33,575 nucleotides of DNA, taken from positions 1 to 33,575 of the forward strand of contig CAILKS010000071.1 in NCBI GenBank assembly GCA_903834855.1. Reading direction: 5' to 3'. Source of the stretch: an uncultured bacterium. GTDB taxonomy: Bacteria; Patescibacteriota; Minisyncoccia; Phycocordibacterales; UBA5272. Below the pieces are notes generated by a model, which ran no database searches, was not told where the DNA came from, and saw only the letters and a program-made list of their open reading frames with translations. Position numbers and translations under genes: made by a program. Positions 8,688 to 16,920 of the stretch are shown one piece after another; positions within the stretch are counted from its first letter, which is position 1; the number at the start of each line of letters is the position of its first letter.

Positions 8688-9041
8688 CTACTCCTCTACT
8701 ACGAGATTCTTTATACGAATATCCTGAAGTCTATTCTTTGGTAACATTCCCATTACGGCGTGCTTTAAAAGTTCAGCATAGCCTTTCTTTTCTGCAACAT
8801 ATTTAATAGGCATTTCTGTAAGTCCACCTGGGAATCCAGAGTATGACTTGTGTGTACTACTTGTCATCTTGTTTCCTGTAACTTTTAATTGTGAAGCGTT
8901 GATGATTTTTACATTTACATCAGCTACACGATTTTTAACAAAGTGAATACTGTCCTTTGCATTAAGAAGTGCGGCAGCTTCACTAGCTACGCGTCCAAGT
9001 GCTCGTCCTTTTGCATCAATTGTGTGAATAGTTGTTGTCAT
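8688..9041 (-). CDS. rplM: 50S ribosomal protein L13 (short form)
   Basis: ALGRVASEAAALL and MLPKNRL motifs, with the conserved rplM-rpsI pairing. Confidence 0.9.
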   Translation of the reverse strand: MTTTIHTIDAKGRALGRVASEAAALLNAKDSIHFVKNRVADVNVKIINASQLKVTGNKMTSSTHKSYSGFPGGLTEMPIKYVAEKKGYAELLKHAVMGMLPKNRLQDIRIKNLVVEE

Positions 9042-9046
9042 ATTTA

Positions 9047-9400
9047 TTATACAAATTCTATGATAGCTTTTTCAGCACCATCAGAAACTCTGTTTGATAG
9101 TTTAATAATACGAGTATAACCACCAGCAACTTCTTTATACTTTGGGGCATATTCTCCGAACAATTTTGTTGTTTCATCAGCTTGATTAATCAAACGTGCA
9201 GAAACTAAACGACGACGTGCTACAGTATCAGTTTTAGCTAGAGTTACAAGTCTTTCAACGAAAGGACGTATTTCTTTTGCACGTGCAAGAGTGGTCTCGA
9301 TGCGACCGTGGCGAATAAGATTGATGAGGAGTGATTTAACAAACGCAACGCGCTGGTTCTTTTCTCTTCCGAATTTTCTGAATGACTTGTGATGCTTCAT
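9047..9400 (-). CDS. rplQ: 50S ribosomal protein L17
   Basis: FGREKNQRVAFVKSLLINLIRHGRIETTLARAKEIRPFVERLVTLAK. It follows rpoA. Confidence 0.93.
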   Translation of the reverse strand: MKHHKSFRKFGREKNQRVAFVKSLLINLIRHGRIETTLARAKEIRPFVERLVTLAKTDTVARRRLVSARLINQADETTKLFGEYAPKYKEVAGGYTRIIKLSNRVSDGAEKAIIEFV

Positions 9401-9434
9401 GGTTTTCTACTATAACACATTAACTTATTAAATT

Positions 9435-10406
9435 CTACGCTTTCAAAGATAAACCTAAATTAGCTAAGGCTTTCTTAATTTCTTCGATACCTTTTTCTCC
9501 TAGACCATCAGTTGCTAATAAATCTTCTTTTGATTTATTTGAAAGGCCTCCAGCTGTACGAATAGATGCTGAGACAAGAGCGTTTTCAGTACGAGTAGAA
9601 AGATTAAGATCTTCTATTTTTGTTTTAGCAACATCTGTAACATCTGTTGATTCTTCTTCTTTAACTACTGTTTTTACTTTTGTTTCACCTGATGATTGTG
9701 ATTCAATGATTTGCTCACGGAAACCAACAACTGATTGAAGTTGAGTAATCATTGTATGAATAGAACTCTCAAGAGCTTCGTGTGGAGTAATAGTACCATC
9801 AGTTTCAATAGAAACACGAAGACGATTATGGTCTGTACGATCACCAACACGCATATTTTCTACTTCGTAACTTGCGCGACGAATTGGAGTAAATGAAACA
9901 TCAAGTGCTATTGTTCCAATATCAGCCTTTTCTTTTTCTAAAACTTCACGTGGTACATATCCAAGACCTTTTTCAACAGTGATTTCGATTGCAACATCAA
10001 CATCTTTAGCTGTAGATTCACAGATATACTGATCCTTGTTCATGATTTCAAGCTGTGAAGGAACATTTATATCTGAAGCAGAAACTGTCTTTATACCTTT
10101 AATGCGAAGTGTTGCCTTTTGAGCATCATCACCATGTAACTTAAAACGAGTCTTTTTAAGATTAAGAATTATTGCAATTACATCTTCTTTAATACCATCA
10201 ATTGCTGAAAACTCATGTTTAACACCGTCAATAGAAAGTGAAGTAATAGCAGCACCAGGAATAGAAGAAAGTATGATACGACGAAGAGAGTTTCCTAATG
10301 TATGGCCATAACCTGGGTAAAGTCCATCAATTTCATAGACGCCAGATGTGGCATCTTCTTTAACGATTCTTGGCTTTGAAGGCAAAATAATAGAATGTGA
10401 AGACAT
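9435..10406 (-). CDS. rpoA: DNA-directed RNA polymerase subunit alpha
   Basis: N-terminal-domain motif GHTLGNSLRRIILSSIPG and a C-terminal HhH domain (LNLSTRTENAL). The ATG at 10406 is preferred over the TTG at 10412. Confidence 0.95.
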   Translation of the reverse strand: MSSHSIILPSKPRIVKEDATSGVYEIDGLYPGYGHTLGNSLRRIILSSIPGAAITSLSIDGVKHEFSAIDGIKEDVIAIILNLKKTRFKLHGDDAQKATLRIKGIKTVSASDINVPSQLEIMNKDQYICESTAKDVDVAIEITVEKGLGYVPREVLEKEKADIGTIALDVSFTPIRRASYEVENMRVGDRTDHNRLRVSIETDGTITPHEALESSIHTMITQLQSVVGFREQIIESQSSGETKVKTVVKEEESTDVTDVAKTKIEDLNLSTRTENALVSASIRTAGGLSNKSKEDLLATDGLGEKGIEEIKKALANLGLSLKA

Positions 10407-10494
10407 AGGCAAAATAAGGTCTTATTGGTTATTAGTTAACACCACTTAGTAAATAAGTAAACAGTTTTAAACTCTTAATAAATAAAGTTTCTCT

Positions 10495-10523
10495 ATTCTA
10501 CCAAATAATTGCAAAAAGCGCAA
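10495..10523 (-). promoter_or_regulatory. internal promoter TTGCGC-N17-TAGAAT with TGg extended -10, upstream of rpoA
   Basis: The minus strand reads cTTGCGCtttttgcaattattTGgTAGAATagag. Confidence 0.55.
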
Positions 10524-10548
10524 GAGTAAAAATGTGAATACACATTTA

Positions 10549-10668
10549 GTTAAAAGTCTTTAAAGTCCATAAAGTTGAAAGTAAATCAGGCTCTGGATTC
10601 ATGGGGAGCAACCCCAACGGGGTTACTCCCCGACTTTATGGACTTTATAAACTTTATGGACTTTTAAC
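10549..10668. repeat. MITE-like palindromic element between rpsD and rpoA
   Basis: 10-bp terminal inverted repeats gttaaaagtc/gacttttaac, arms made of GTCCATAAAGT words, and a central GC hairpin GGGGAGCAACCCC-AAC-GGGGTTACTCCCC (10603-10631). Confidence 0.6.
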
Positions 10669-11288
10669 TATCTTGAATAATACTCAAACACCTTCTGTGT
10701 ATCAAACATTGGTTCACCTTCTCTAACTTCTCCTTTAACAGTGGCTGTAAATGTTTTTGGATCAATAACAAATTCATGTGAAGGAGTAGCTGCAGTTAAC
10801 TTTTCAGCTAGTCCTGTGAAGACTTTAGCTACCTTACTACCTTCGCGAATAGAGATAATATCTCCTATTTTAACTTTATGAGAAGCGATATTGATACGGC
10901 GGCCATTTACATGAATATGTCCATGAGAAACAAGCTGGCGAGCTAGTGCACGAGTATTTGCAAAGCCTACACGATAAACAACATTATCTAATCTTGATTC
11001 AAGTGTACGAAATAGCTTAAGTGATGGAGCAATTGCTCCTTCGCCAGTCTCACGACTGGACATTGCATCTTTAGCATATTTAGCAAACTGCTTTTCCATT
11101 AGACCATAAGTTATACGCATCTTTTGCTTAGCGCGAAGTTGTTCACCGTATTCAGATACGTTTGAACGATGCTTACGTTCACTATCTAGTTTACCTGGAG
11201 CATATGGACGCTTCTTAAAAGCACACTTTTCACGACCACATAGTGATTCTCCAAGACGACGACAAGTTTTACATGTTATTCTACTCAT
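10668..11288 (-). CDS. rpsD: 30S ribosomal protein S4
   Basis: N-terminal Cys cluster ([17 protein letters not shown]) and an S4 RNA-binding domain ([31 protein letters not shown]). Confidence 0.95.
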   Translation of the reverse strand: MSRITCKTCRRLGESLCGREKCAFKKRPYAPGKLDSERKHRSNVSEYGEQLRAKQKMRITYGLMEKQFAKYAKDAMSSRETGEGAIAPSLKLFRTLESRLDNVVYRVGFANTRALARQLVSHGHIHVNGRRINIASHKVKIGDIISIREGSKVAKVFTGLAEKLTAATPSHEFVIDPKTFTATVKGEVREGEPMFDTQKVFEYYSR

Positions 11289-11297
11289 AAATTTAAA

Positions 11298-11732
11298 TTA
11301 AACGTGACGAGGCTTACGAGGCTTTGGGCCATTGTGTGGCACCGGCGTCTTATCAATAATAGAAGTTATCTCAACACCAAATGTTGAGAACGCACGGATA
11401 GCAGACTCGCGTCCTGATCCTACACCCTTCACAATTACAGCAACTTCTTTAAGTCCTGCTTGCTGTGCTTTTTCACCAATTAACTCACCAATTTTACCAG
11501 CAGCAAAAGGAGTTCCTTTTTTTGCACCCTTGAAACCAAGAGCACCTGATGAAGACCAGGCAAGAATATTACCTGATTTATCTGAAAGAGAGATTCTTGT
11601 ATTGTTATATGAAGACTCAACGTAAAGGACACCCTCTACGATCTTCTTCTTCATAACCTTAGCAAGTGATCGTGCCTTCAAAGCACTATCAACTCCTGAA
11701 CTATTCTTTTTTACTATTCTTTTCTTTCCCAT
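11298..11732 (-). CDS. rpsK: 30S ribosomal protein S11
   Basis: YVESSYNNTRISLSDKSGNILAWSSSG and TPFAAG motifs. Confidence 0.95.
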   Translation of the reverse strand: MGKKRIVKKNSSGVDSALKARSLAKVMKKKIVEGVLYVESSYNNTRISLSDKSGNILAWSSSGALGFKGAKKGTPFAAGKIGELIGEKAQQAGLKEVAVIVKGVGSGRESAIRAFSTFGVEITSIIDKTPVPHNGPKPRKPRHV

Positions 11733-11883
11733 AATTTTTTTATATAATTAATTTAAATTTATCTTTAAATGCCTCATCTGCTTCGTTACTTTCTCCGTTT
11801 ACTCCCTCGAAGTAGTTTTATCTACATCTTAGTCGCAATACTCGAAGCGCTTCGCATATGAAGTCATTTAAAAATAAATTATT

Positions 11884-12264
11884 TTATGTCTTCTCTGTCT
11901 TACGGCGTCCGCTACCCATAGTACGACGTACGTTTCCACGTACTGTACGACTATTAGTCTTTGTTCGCTGTCCACGAGCTGGTAAATGCTTTGTGTGACG
12001 AGTACCGCGGTATGCCTTGATATCCTTAAGACGCTTTATATTTTGCTGTACATCACGCTTTAAGTCTCCTTCTGTCTTGAAAAGTTCAATTTCACGACGG
12101 ATAAGATTTTCTTGGTCAGCTGTTAGCTCTGTAGTCTTCATTCCCATATCTAATCCAAGCTTTTCAATAATTTGCTTAGCACGAGGACGTCCAACACCAA
12201 ACACAGCCGTGAGGGCAATCTCGAGACGTTTGTTTTCTGGGAGGTTTATACCGGAGATACGCAT
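11884..12264 (-). CDS. rpsM: 30S ribosomal protein S13
   Basis: MRISGINLPENKRLEIALTAVFGVG and a basic C-terminus. Confidence 0.95.
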   Translation of the reverse strand: MRISGINLPENKRLEIALTAVFGVGRPRAKQIIEKLGLDMGMKTTELTADQENLIRREIELFKTEGDLKRDVQQNIKRLKDIKAYRGTRHTKHLPARGQRTKTNSRTVRGNVRRTMGSGRRKTEKT

Positions 12265-12310
12265 AATAAATAGTTGTTAGTTTCTAGTTTTTAGTTTCTA
12301 GTTAAATACA

Positions 12311-12424
12311 TTAGCCTTGAGCTTGTTTGTGCTTAGGTGTCTCACATATAACACGAAGTACGCCACCACGTTTTACCATTTGGCATTTAGCGCACATTTT
12401 TTTTACTGATGATCTTACTTTCAT
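12311..12424 (-). CDS. rpmJ: 50S ribosomal protein L36
   Basis: Own translation gives [37 protein letters not shown] (37 aa). It is too short for the ORF track and sits in the conserved infA-rpmJ-rpsM position. Confidence 0.9.
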   Translation of the reverse strand: MKVRSSVKKMCAKCQMVKRGGVLRVICETPKHKQAQG

Positions 12425-12442
12425 GTGAGAAATGTGGGTAGA

Positions 12443-12471
12443 ATTATACTATATTATTAATAATTTTGCAA
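12443..12471 (-). promoter_or_regulatory. promoter TTGCAA-N17-TATAAT upstream of rpmJ
   Basis: The minus strand reads aaaTTGCAAaattattaataatatagTATAATtct. Confidence 0.6.
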
Positions 12472-12497
12472 ATTTAGAAGTCTATAAAGTTTATAAA

Positions 12498-12593
12498 GTC
12501 CATAAAGTTGAAAGTAAATACAAAATAATAAACAAGACTATGTGCAATTTGTACTGCGTTGTATCAACTTTATGAACTTTTAACTTTATGGAC
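12498..12593. repeat. palindromic GTCCATAAAGT-word element between infA and rpmJ
   Basis: 12-bp inverted repeat gtccataaagtt (12498-12509) / aactttatggac (12582-12593). Its 18-nt core gtccataaagttgaaagt is also present at 10565 and 19580. Confidence 0.5.
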
Positions 12594-12612
12594 TTTCGAC
12601 TAAATAAAAAGA

Positions 12613-12828
12613 TTACAATCTTTTTATGATACGTCCTTTTCCTCCATATGGATCAACTTGAACCATAACCCTGTCACCTACTAGGACTTTTATTTTGTGT
12701 ACACGCATTTTTCCACCGAGATAAGAAATTAATTCTTTTCCATTTGACAGCATCACCCTAAAAAGAGTGCTTGGCAATGTTTCGGTAATGCGTCCTTCAA
12801 CTAAATCTATTTCTTCTTTGTCATCCAT
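12613..12828 (-). CDS. infA: translation initiation factor IF-1
   Basis: S1-like fold sequence GRITETLPSTLFRVMLSNGKELISYLGGKMRVHKIKVLVGDRVMVQVDPYGGKGRI. Confidence 0.95.
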   Translation of the reverse strand: MDDKEEIDLVEGRITETLPSTLFRVMLSNGKELISYLGGKMRVHKIKVLVGDRVMVQVDPYGGKGRIIKRL

Positions 12829-12845
12829 AAGTTATATAGGATTTG

Positions 12846-12874
12846 ATTGTATCAGTAAGATGAGCGTGGGTCAA
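12846..12874 (-). promoter_or_regulatory. promoter TTGACC-N17-TACAAT with TGa extended -10, upstream of infA
   Basis: The minus strand reads gcgTTGACCcacgctcatcttacTGaTACAATcaa. Confidence 0.6.
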
Positions 12875-12881
12875 CGCTAAA

Positions 12882-14330
12882 TTATCTTTTAGGCAAAGAT
12901 TCTAATAAGGAAACATGCTCTTTATTGGTTGGTATTGTTGAAAGCCAGATTGGGAAAAATGACATTTCGATTTGAGCTATTGAAGGAAGCGTCTGTATTA
13001 TAGATGGTGCATCACTACGATTTTTTCCTAAGAATTTTAATTTAAGGTCTTCAGTGTCAGCAACTAAAACAACTCTTGGTTTTCCTTCAACCAATACATC
13101 TAAACTATTATCAGAATAAGGTATTGCATCTTTTTTAGTTGTAAAAACTAATTCATTTGCATAAGCCAATTTAACGGGTTGACCACTGTAATCACGCATA
13201 GTTTCTGTTGCTATCATACTGGCTAATTCACTTTCTTTTGCAAGCATTAAATATCCCGTTGCAGTAACCTCGTAAGTTGAAGTTAACCCAGACATAACCT
13301 CAGTTTCGTTATCAGAAAATGAAACTGATATTGTATTATACATAGGAACAGTTCCCTCCCTTGTTACCTTAGATAATTCTTCCTTTAAGCTTTTTTCTAA
13401 CTCGACAGCAAGACCATCTTTAGCTCCATTTAAATCAGACTGTGAGACCAAAGACATGTTTCCACCAGCGCCACCTTTTATAACTCCAACTAAACGACCA
13501 TAAAACCCTGTATACCTTGCTGAACCTTTAAATCCTGGAATAGTGAAATCACGAAGTTTTATATCTTTTGTTCCCGTGCCTATATTATATTCAGCCCCGT
13601 AACTATCTGCATATAAAGTAACATCTATACTACCTGGGGTGTCACCTTTTTTACCTGGAATAGTAACCGATTGATTTATGCGATAGATTTTCCCTCCACC
13701 TGATTCAAAGCGAGTATTTTTAATTAATTTTTGAGGATTTGAGTCAAAATTATTATAAACAGTAATAATACCAGAAGCTTTTGATTCTATTTTTTTAGTT
13801 TCAGATGGTGCTAATACTTTCGTCTCGGATTTTGTTGTCGTTGCTATTATATAAGAAATGGTGGGAAGAGTTGATGTAGCTGATCTACTAAACAAGAAAG
13901 TTTTACTAACTTCAACATCTTTAAATTTTGGAATATAAGTTATCTTTGCAGAATTAAATACAAAAGTAAAAAGACCAGCTCCAACGATTATAACTATAGT
14001 TGTGATGATAAACATCCATGTTCCGAAAGAATTATCACTCTTACGTCTTTTAACCCCAGTAAATGGTGTATAAGGATCTGTGTCTGGTTCTCTGTCTATC
14101 TCAACCCTTTCTCTTTTGCTAGAAATCTCTTGCATTGATTCATTTGCACGTCTAGGATACATTTCCATACTATCTAAACTTCTTCTATTTTTAAAAGTTT
14201 TTGTGGGAATCAAAACAGCATCACGATCGTCTATTTCTTCGACTTCTTCGTGACGTTCAAATTCCTCTACTCGCTTTGGAATATCGCGATTAGACCTTGA
14301 ATGAGAATACGGTTTTCTTATGTCTTGCAT
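12882..14330 (-). CDS. hypothetical single-pass membrane protein (charged N-terminal tail, one TM segment, large extracytoplasmic domain)
   Basis: The ORF track begins at 14402 inside the upstream ORF. The ATG at 14330 (MQDIRKPYSHSRSN) is preferred. The TM segment is WMFIITTIVIIVGAGLFTFVF. Confidence 0.6.
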   Translation of the reverse strand: MQDIRKPYSHSRSNRDIPKRVEEFERHEEVEEIDDRDAVLIPTKTFKNRRSLDSMEMYPRRANESMQEISSKRERVEIDREPDTDPYTPFTGVKRRKSDNSFGTWMFIITTIVIIVGAGLFTFVFNSAKITYIPKFKDVEVSKTFLFSRSATSTLPTISYIIATTTKSETKVLAPSETKKIESKASGIITVYNNFDSNPQKLIKNTRFESGGGKIYRINQSVTIPGKKGDTPGSIDVTLYADSYGAEYNIGTGTKDIKLRDFTIPGFKGSARYTGFYGRLVGVIKGGAGGNMSLVSQSDLNGAKDGLAVELEKSLKEELSKVTREGTVPMYNTISVSFSDNETEVMSGLTSTYEVTATGYLMLAKESELASMIATETMRDYSGQPVKLAYANELVFTTKKDAIPYSDNSLDVLVEGKPRVVLVADTEDLKLKFLGKNRSDAPSIIQTLPSIAQIEMSFFPIWLSTIPTNKEHVSLLESLPKR

Positions 14331-14676
14331 AATTAATTGAAGGGGCTTTTGTAGTATCCAGTGTAACACGCACAGGTTTATTTTCTGTATAAAACTGTGC
14401 ATAAGATGCGCCTTGTAATACTCCTGCTAGCCAAGTTGTGTATCTATTTGTGGCTAAATAAAATTCCGTTGGAATTCTGTCATGTAAAGAAATAAATTCA
14501 AGTGTATACATGACACCATCTAATAATTTAGATGCCGCAATAATTCCTAATCCATCAGCTTCTAATTGTTTAAAGCCAATATCGTGATTATGTGCCACAA
14601 CAACATTACCATCTGAGACATAATAAATCATCGTGGCCATGTCACTAATAGAAATAGTTAAATAGTTTTGGGGCAT
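14290..14676 (-). CDS. hypothetical protein (128 aa)
   Basis: ATG start preceded by TGTATACT-N6. It overlaps the next CDS by 41 nt. No family was recognised. Confidence 0.45.
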   Translation of the reverse strand: MPQNYLTISISDMATMIYYVSDGNVVVAHNHDIGFKQLEADGLGIIAASKLLDGVMYTLEFISLHDRIPTEFYLATNRYTTWLAGVLQGASYAQFYTENKPVRVTLDTTKAPSINYARHKKTVFSFKV

Positions 14677-14682
14677 GAGGAT

Positions 14683-14690
14683 AGTATACA
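14683..14690 (-). promoter_or_regulatory. -10 box TGTATACT, 6 nt upstream of the ATG at 14676
   Basis: The minus strand reads cgcTGTATACTatcctcATG, preceded by TAGCGYG heptamer words (14694-14718). Confidence 0.45.
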
Positions 14691-14783
14691 GCGGTTAGCG
14701 CGTAGCGTGTAGCGTTTAGTACACAGGGAGTTTTAATTTTCAATTATCAATTATCAATTTCCAAAAAATACAAACCAAAACCT

Positions 14784-14906
14784 CTTTATCTTAAAATTGT
14801 TTTAGATACAAGGCATGGAGAAACGAGTAAGGATACGTACTTAATGGTACGGTGACGAACGAGTGAGGCTCCACAACGCAGTAGATGAAGTAATTTTAAG
14901 ATAAAG
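14784..14906 (-). repeat. stop-codon-embracing stem-loop element, copy A (3' end of alaS)
   Basis: Perfect 15-bp inverted repeat ctttatcttaaaatt (14784-14798) / aattttaagataaag (14892-14906, containing the alaS stop at 14896-14898). The interior shares three conserved blocks with copy B. Confidence 0.65.
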
Positions 14907-16779
14907 TAGCTTTTATTCGGCGGACACCGGAAGATACAGCTTCCTCCTTTACAATTTTAAATGTTCCGAGTGTTCCAATATTTTCTACATGAGGTCCACC
15001 GCACATTTCAATTGAGAATAAATTATTGTCTCCTTTATTTTTCCCTACACCAATTCTATAAATAGAAACTTTATCTCCGTACTTATCGGTAAATAATCCC
15101 ATGGCACCGCGTGCTTTTGCTTCTTCAATTGAAATTTCTTCACGAATTACTGGAAGATTTTCTTTTATTTTTTCATTTATTAAGTCTTCAACTTTTTTCT
15201 TTTGCTCGTCAGTCATTTTTTCAGCATAGGCAAAATCGAAACGTAATCGTTCAGATGTGATGTTTGACCCTTTCTGCACCACAGAGTCGCCTAATACAGT
15301 TCGCAGTGCTTGATGAAGCATATGTGTCGCTGTATGATACTTCACTTCCATTTCTCCGTCCCCTCCTAAGCCACCTTTAAACTTCCCAGCAGAAGCTGTA
15401 CGAGAACTTTCTGAATGTTTATTCTTTTCCTCATCAAATGACACCATATCCACCGTTATTCCTTTTTCTTTTGCTAGTTCTTCGGTTAATTCTATAGGAA
15501 AACCATATGATTGAAGTAAATGAAATGCATTCACGCCAGAAATATCGTGTCCTGCTAATTTTTCAAATTCTTTTATACCATTCTCAAGTGTTTTTCTAAA
15601 TTTACTTTCTTCTTTATCTAATTCAGATAAAATAATTTCACGCTTCTCTTGTAAATTTTTGTATTCATCTTTATAAACTGAAATAAATGAGTCAGCAATT
15701 TCTTTTGTGAAGTTTACATTTACTCCTAGATTACGGGCAAAGCGTACAGCACGACGAATAAGACGACGTACGAAATACATTTGGTCTTTATTCCCTGGCA
15801 TTACATCATCTCCGATTAAAAATACAGCAGAACGAATATGGTCGAGTATTACACGATATGCATATGTATCAGTAGTTGTTATTCCATAAGCTCTTGCAGA
15901 AAGTCTTTCAATTGTTTTCTTTGGGTCTACGAAAACGTCTATATTAAAGATATCAGGGTCATTTCTAAGGGCTGCAGCATAACGTTCAAGTCCACTACCA
16001 TGGTCTACATTCATTTGAGGAAGTTCTTCAAAACCATTTGAAGTTTTTTTATACTGCATAAAAACATTATTTCCAATTTCAAGAAAACGACCACAATCAC
16101 AATTTACGTGACATGGTAGAAGGGCATAAATACTTTTACGGTGTATTTCATTTGACCTAAAGGGATCAAAATCATAAAACATTTCAGAGTCTGGTCCACC
16201 TGGCTCACCCTCTGGCATATTTGCTGGCACTCCTGAGCGTGACCACCAATTCTTTTTTTCACTGTAATAAAAAATCTTTTCGCCGTCTTGTATTCCGTTC
16301 TCCGGATTCTCAGAAATTTTCGCAACAATATTTTTCTGTGCAAAAAGTTTCTGCCAAAGTTCTGCTGAGAATGTATCACGAGGCACACCGAGTGCTTCAT
16401 TACCGGCGAAACATGTTACATACAAGTTTTTAGTTTCCAGTTTCAAGTTTTCAGTTAGAAATTCAAACATCCACCTAATCTGTTCTTCTTTAAAATAGTC
16501 CCCAAATGACCAGTTTCCCAACATTTCAAAAAAGGTTGTGTGACGATTATCACCGACCTCTTCAATGTCTTGTGAACGAAAAGATTTTTGAGAATCAGTA
16601 ATACGCTTGCCAAGTGGGTGAGGTTGACCCAATAAATAAGGAAGCATAGGTTGCATCCCAGAGCCAGTAAACAACGTTGTAGGGTCATTTTCAGGCACGA
16701 GTGAGGCTGAAGGAACGACAGCATGCCCCTTTTCTTTCATATATTCTAAAAATTTTGAACGGATTTCGTTGACTAACAT
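14896..16779 (-). CDS. alaS: alanine--tRNA ligase, short form lacking the C-Ala domain
   Basis: Catalytic-core sequence FTGSGMQP...HTTFFEMLGNWSFGDYFK. The editing domain has HTATHMLH and CGGPHV. The protein ends about 35 aa after CGGPHV (627 aa). Confidence 0.95.
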   Translation of the reverse strand: MLVNEIRSKFLEYMKEKGHAVVPSASLVPENDPTTLFTGSGMQPMLPYLLGQPHPLGKRITDSQKSFRSQDIEEVGDNRHTTFFEMLGNWSFGDYFKEEQIRWMFEFLTENLKLETKNLYVTCFAGNEALGVPRDTFSAELWQKLFAQKNIVAKISENPENGIQDGEKIFYYSEKKNWWSRSGVPANMPEGEPGGPDSEMFYDFDPFRSNEIHRKSIYALLPCHVNCDCGRFLEIGNNVFMQYKKTSNGFEELPQMNVDHGSGLERYAAALRNDPDIFNIDVFVDPKKTIERLSARAYGITTTDTYAYRVILDHIRSAVFLIGDDVMPGNKDQMYFVRRLIRRAVRFARNLGVNVNFTKEIADSFISVYKDEYKNLQEKREIILSELDKEESKFRKTLENGIKEFEKLAGHDISGVNAFHLLQSYGFPIELTEELAKEKGITVDMVSFDEEKNKHSESSRTASAGKFKGGLGGDGEMEVKYHTATHMLHQALRTVLGDSVVQKGSNITSERLRFDFAYAEKMTDEQKKKVEDLINEKIKENLPVIREEISIEEAKARGAMGLFTDKYGDKVSIYRIGVGKNKGDNNLFSIEMCGGPHVENIGTLGTFKIVKEEAVSSGVRRIKATLS

Positions 16780-16790
16780 AGATATTAGAT

Positions 16791-16817
16791 TTTAGACATT
16801 AGATTTTAGATTATACA
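16791..16817 (-). promoter_or_regulatory. alaS promoter/leader module (TGTATAAT plus an AU-rich word-repeat 5' UTR)
   Basis: The minus strand reads cTGTATAATctaaaatctaatgtctaaaatctaatatctATG. The -10 box is at 16810-16815. Confidence 0.5.
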
Positions 16818-16857
16818 GATACAATACATTTAGATATTCATTATACAAAGATTATAG

Positions 16858-16888
16858 ATAAAACAAAAGCGCATTTGTCAGACGCGCT
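16858..16888 (-). terminator. probable intrinsic terminator after the 16921..17214 gene
   Basis: AGCGC...GCGCU stem (16868-16872 with 16884-16888) followed by UUUGUUUU on the minus strand. Confidence 0.55.
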
Positions 16889-16920
16889 AAGATTTTGTTG
16901 AAAGTCTCAAATCAGGCTTA

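Noticed and set aside
10413-10667. tRNA or other classical RNA genes in the long spacers (2197-2573, 10413-10667, 11733-11883, 12425-12612, 14677-14895, 16780-16920, 19238-19775, 27690-27998).
   Set aside because: There are no T-loop or acceptor-stem signatures (GGTTCGAATCC-like or its complement) and no cloverleaf-compatible pairings. The spacers are explained by word repeats, palindromic elements, promoters and terminators.
14290-14330. The 41-nt overlap between the 128-aa ORF and the following membrane-protein ORF, considered as a frameshifted single gene.
   Set aside because: The two reading frames have unrelated character: a soluble domain versus a charged tail plus a TM segment. The downstream ATG at 14330 gives a sensible start. 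I cannot exclude a frameshift or sequencing error without reads, so both are kept as separate low-confidence calls.
16425-16470. A TAGTTTC/CAGTTTC word-like stretch inside alaS (tttttagtttccagtttcaagttttcagtt), considered as a repeat insertion into coding DNA.
   Set aside because: It encodes FLTENLKLETKNLYVT, which fits the conserved FLT...L.L..E.LYVT region of AlaRS. The resemblance is more likely due to AT-rich codon choice than to an insertion.
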